This document shows positions 63,188 through 64,000 of a stretch of 64,000 nt of DNA, in pieces. The notes beneath the pieces were generated by a model. The model saw only the letters and a list, made by a program, of their open reading frames with translations. It searched no databases and was not told where the DNA came from. The position numbers and the translations under genes were made by a program. The stretch lies in NCBI GenBank assembly GCA_965153285.1, contig OZ229113.1; one strand, written 5' to 3'. How positions within the stretch are numbered: the first letter of the stretch is position 1; each line of letters begins with the position of its first letter. This stretch comes from Podarcis tiliguerta. Its lineage: Eukaryota.

Positions 63188-63574
63188 CCTGTGACTCTAG
63201 TCTGCACAAGGAGTCAGTTGTACATGCATAACCTAGTCAGATAATCAGTGACAGCATCAAGCAACCCTTTGGGAGGGGGAGCAGAGGATTTATTTAGTCT
63301 CCCCTTCAATACCTGATTGGCACTTATCTGATTATTGGCTAATTATATCTGGCCACACACATGTAACCAACCTGGGTGATAATTTGATAGCTGCCTAATA
63401 AATGGAGCAATTTGACTCTAGAGGTCAAAGGAATTATCCATTTTAGCCAAAGTACACAACAAATCTTGCTTATGGCTCCCAAGGTATGGCCTGAAGCTGC
63501 AAGTTTTGAGCTTGAGAATGACCATGATATGCAAAAAGAAGCTTTACCAAATAAAATTTTTGAGTTTTACCAAC

Positions 63575-63781
63575 CTGGAGATGGAGTCGGTCCAAGAGTT
63601 CTTGAAGCGAATTAGGCTTGGCCCTTTTACTCCTCTTGTGTGGCTTTATTTTTCTAGGTACAGATTCCTCTTCTGTAATAAGATCTACGTAAATGAATTT
63701 GAAATTCCCCACCTTGTTGTTTAGCAGTCCCGTCCACATACCCATTGGGGTTTTACAGATGATATCAATGATATCCCCTTT
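63575..63781 (-). CDS. SAMSN1: SAMSN1 SH3 exon (KGDIIDIICKTPMGMWTGLLNNKVGNFKFIYVD)
   Basis: SLy/SASH1-family SH3; tccag| and |gttggt; 207 nt; earlier exons lie beyond the window. Confidence 0.95.
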
Positions 63782-64000
63782 CTGGAAGAAAAACAAAAAA
63801 ACAAAATGTAACTCTGAAACTAGTACTGTACCTATTATTTGTGATACACAAGACTGGTCTGCCTCAGTTGATCAAAAGCAGACCAATGGAAAATCAGAGT
63901 TGGCTCAAATAGTGATGCACATTATCTAAAAAGAAAGGAGAGCTTATTTATCCATACTGTCATTTAATGTGGAGAGTAAGCGTCCTGTTGTCCATATGAT

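Overview
Eukaryotic, intron-rich, AT-rich vertebrate DNA. The repeat content (Sauria SINEs, BovB/RTE, L2 and CR1 fragments, hAT and Tc1/mariner MITEs) points to a squamate reptile, probably a lacertid lizard (inference). Three genes can be built by hand from GT-AG exons in consistent phase. (1) + strand, 115-25265: the last 26 coding exons (3757 nt, about 1251 aa, no internal stop or frameshift) of an MRP1/MRP2-like ABCC transporter, called ABCC13 by synteny; its 5' exons lie upstream of the window. (2) - strand, 35160-30196: complete 5-exon HSPA13/STCH (471 aa), with a CpG-rich promoter carrying ZNF143, ETS, YY1 and ACGT/CCAAT (UPR-type) motifs. (3) - strand, 63781-55837: the last three coding exons of SAMSN1 (SH3, SAM, C-tail). 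The order ABCC13-HSPA13-SAMSN1 matches human chr21q11, where ABCC13 is a pseudogene; here it looks intact. The most unexpected signal is a chain of + strand exon-like islands between HSPA13 and SAMSN1 (about 35.5-54.8 kb), with canonical splice sites, 76-82 nt introns and protein-like frames broken by TAG/TGA stops. It is a candidate decayed (unitary pseudo)gene or spliced lncRNA head-to-head with HSPA13, and I could not identify it. No CRISPR, rRNA or genuine tRNA genes were seen.
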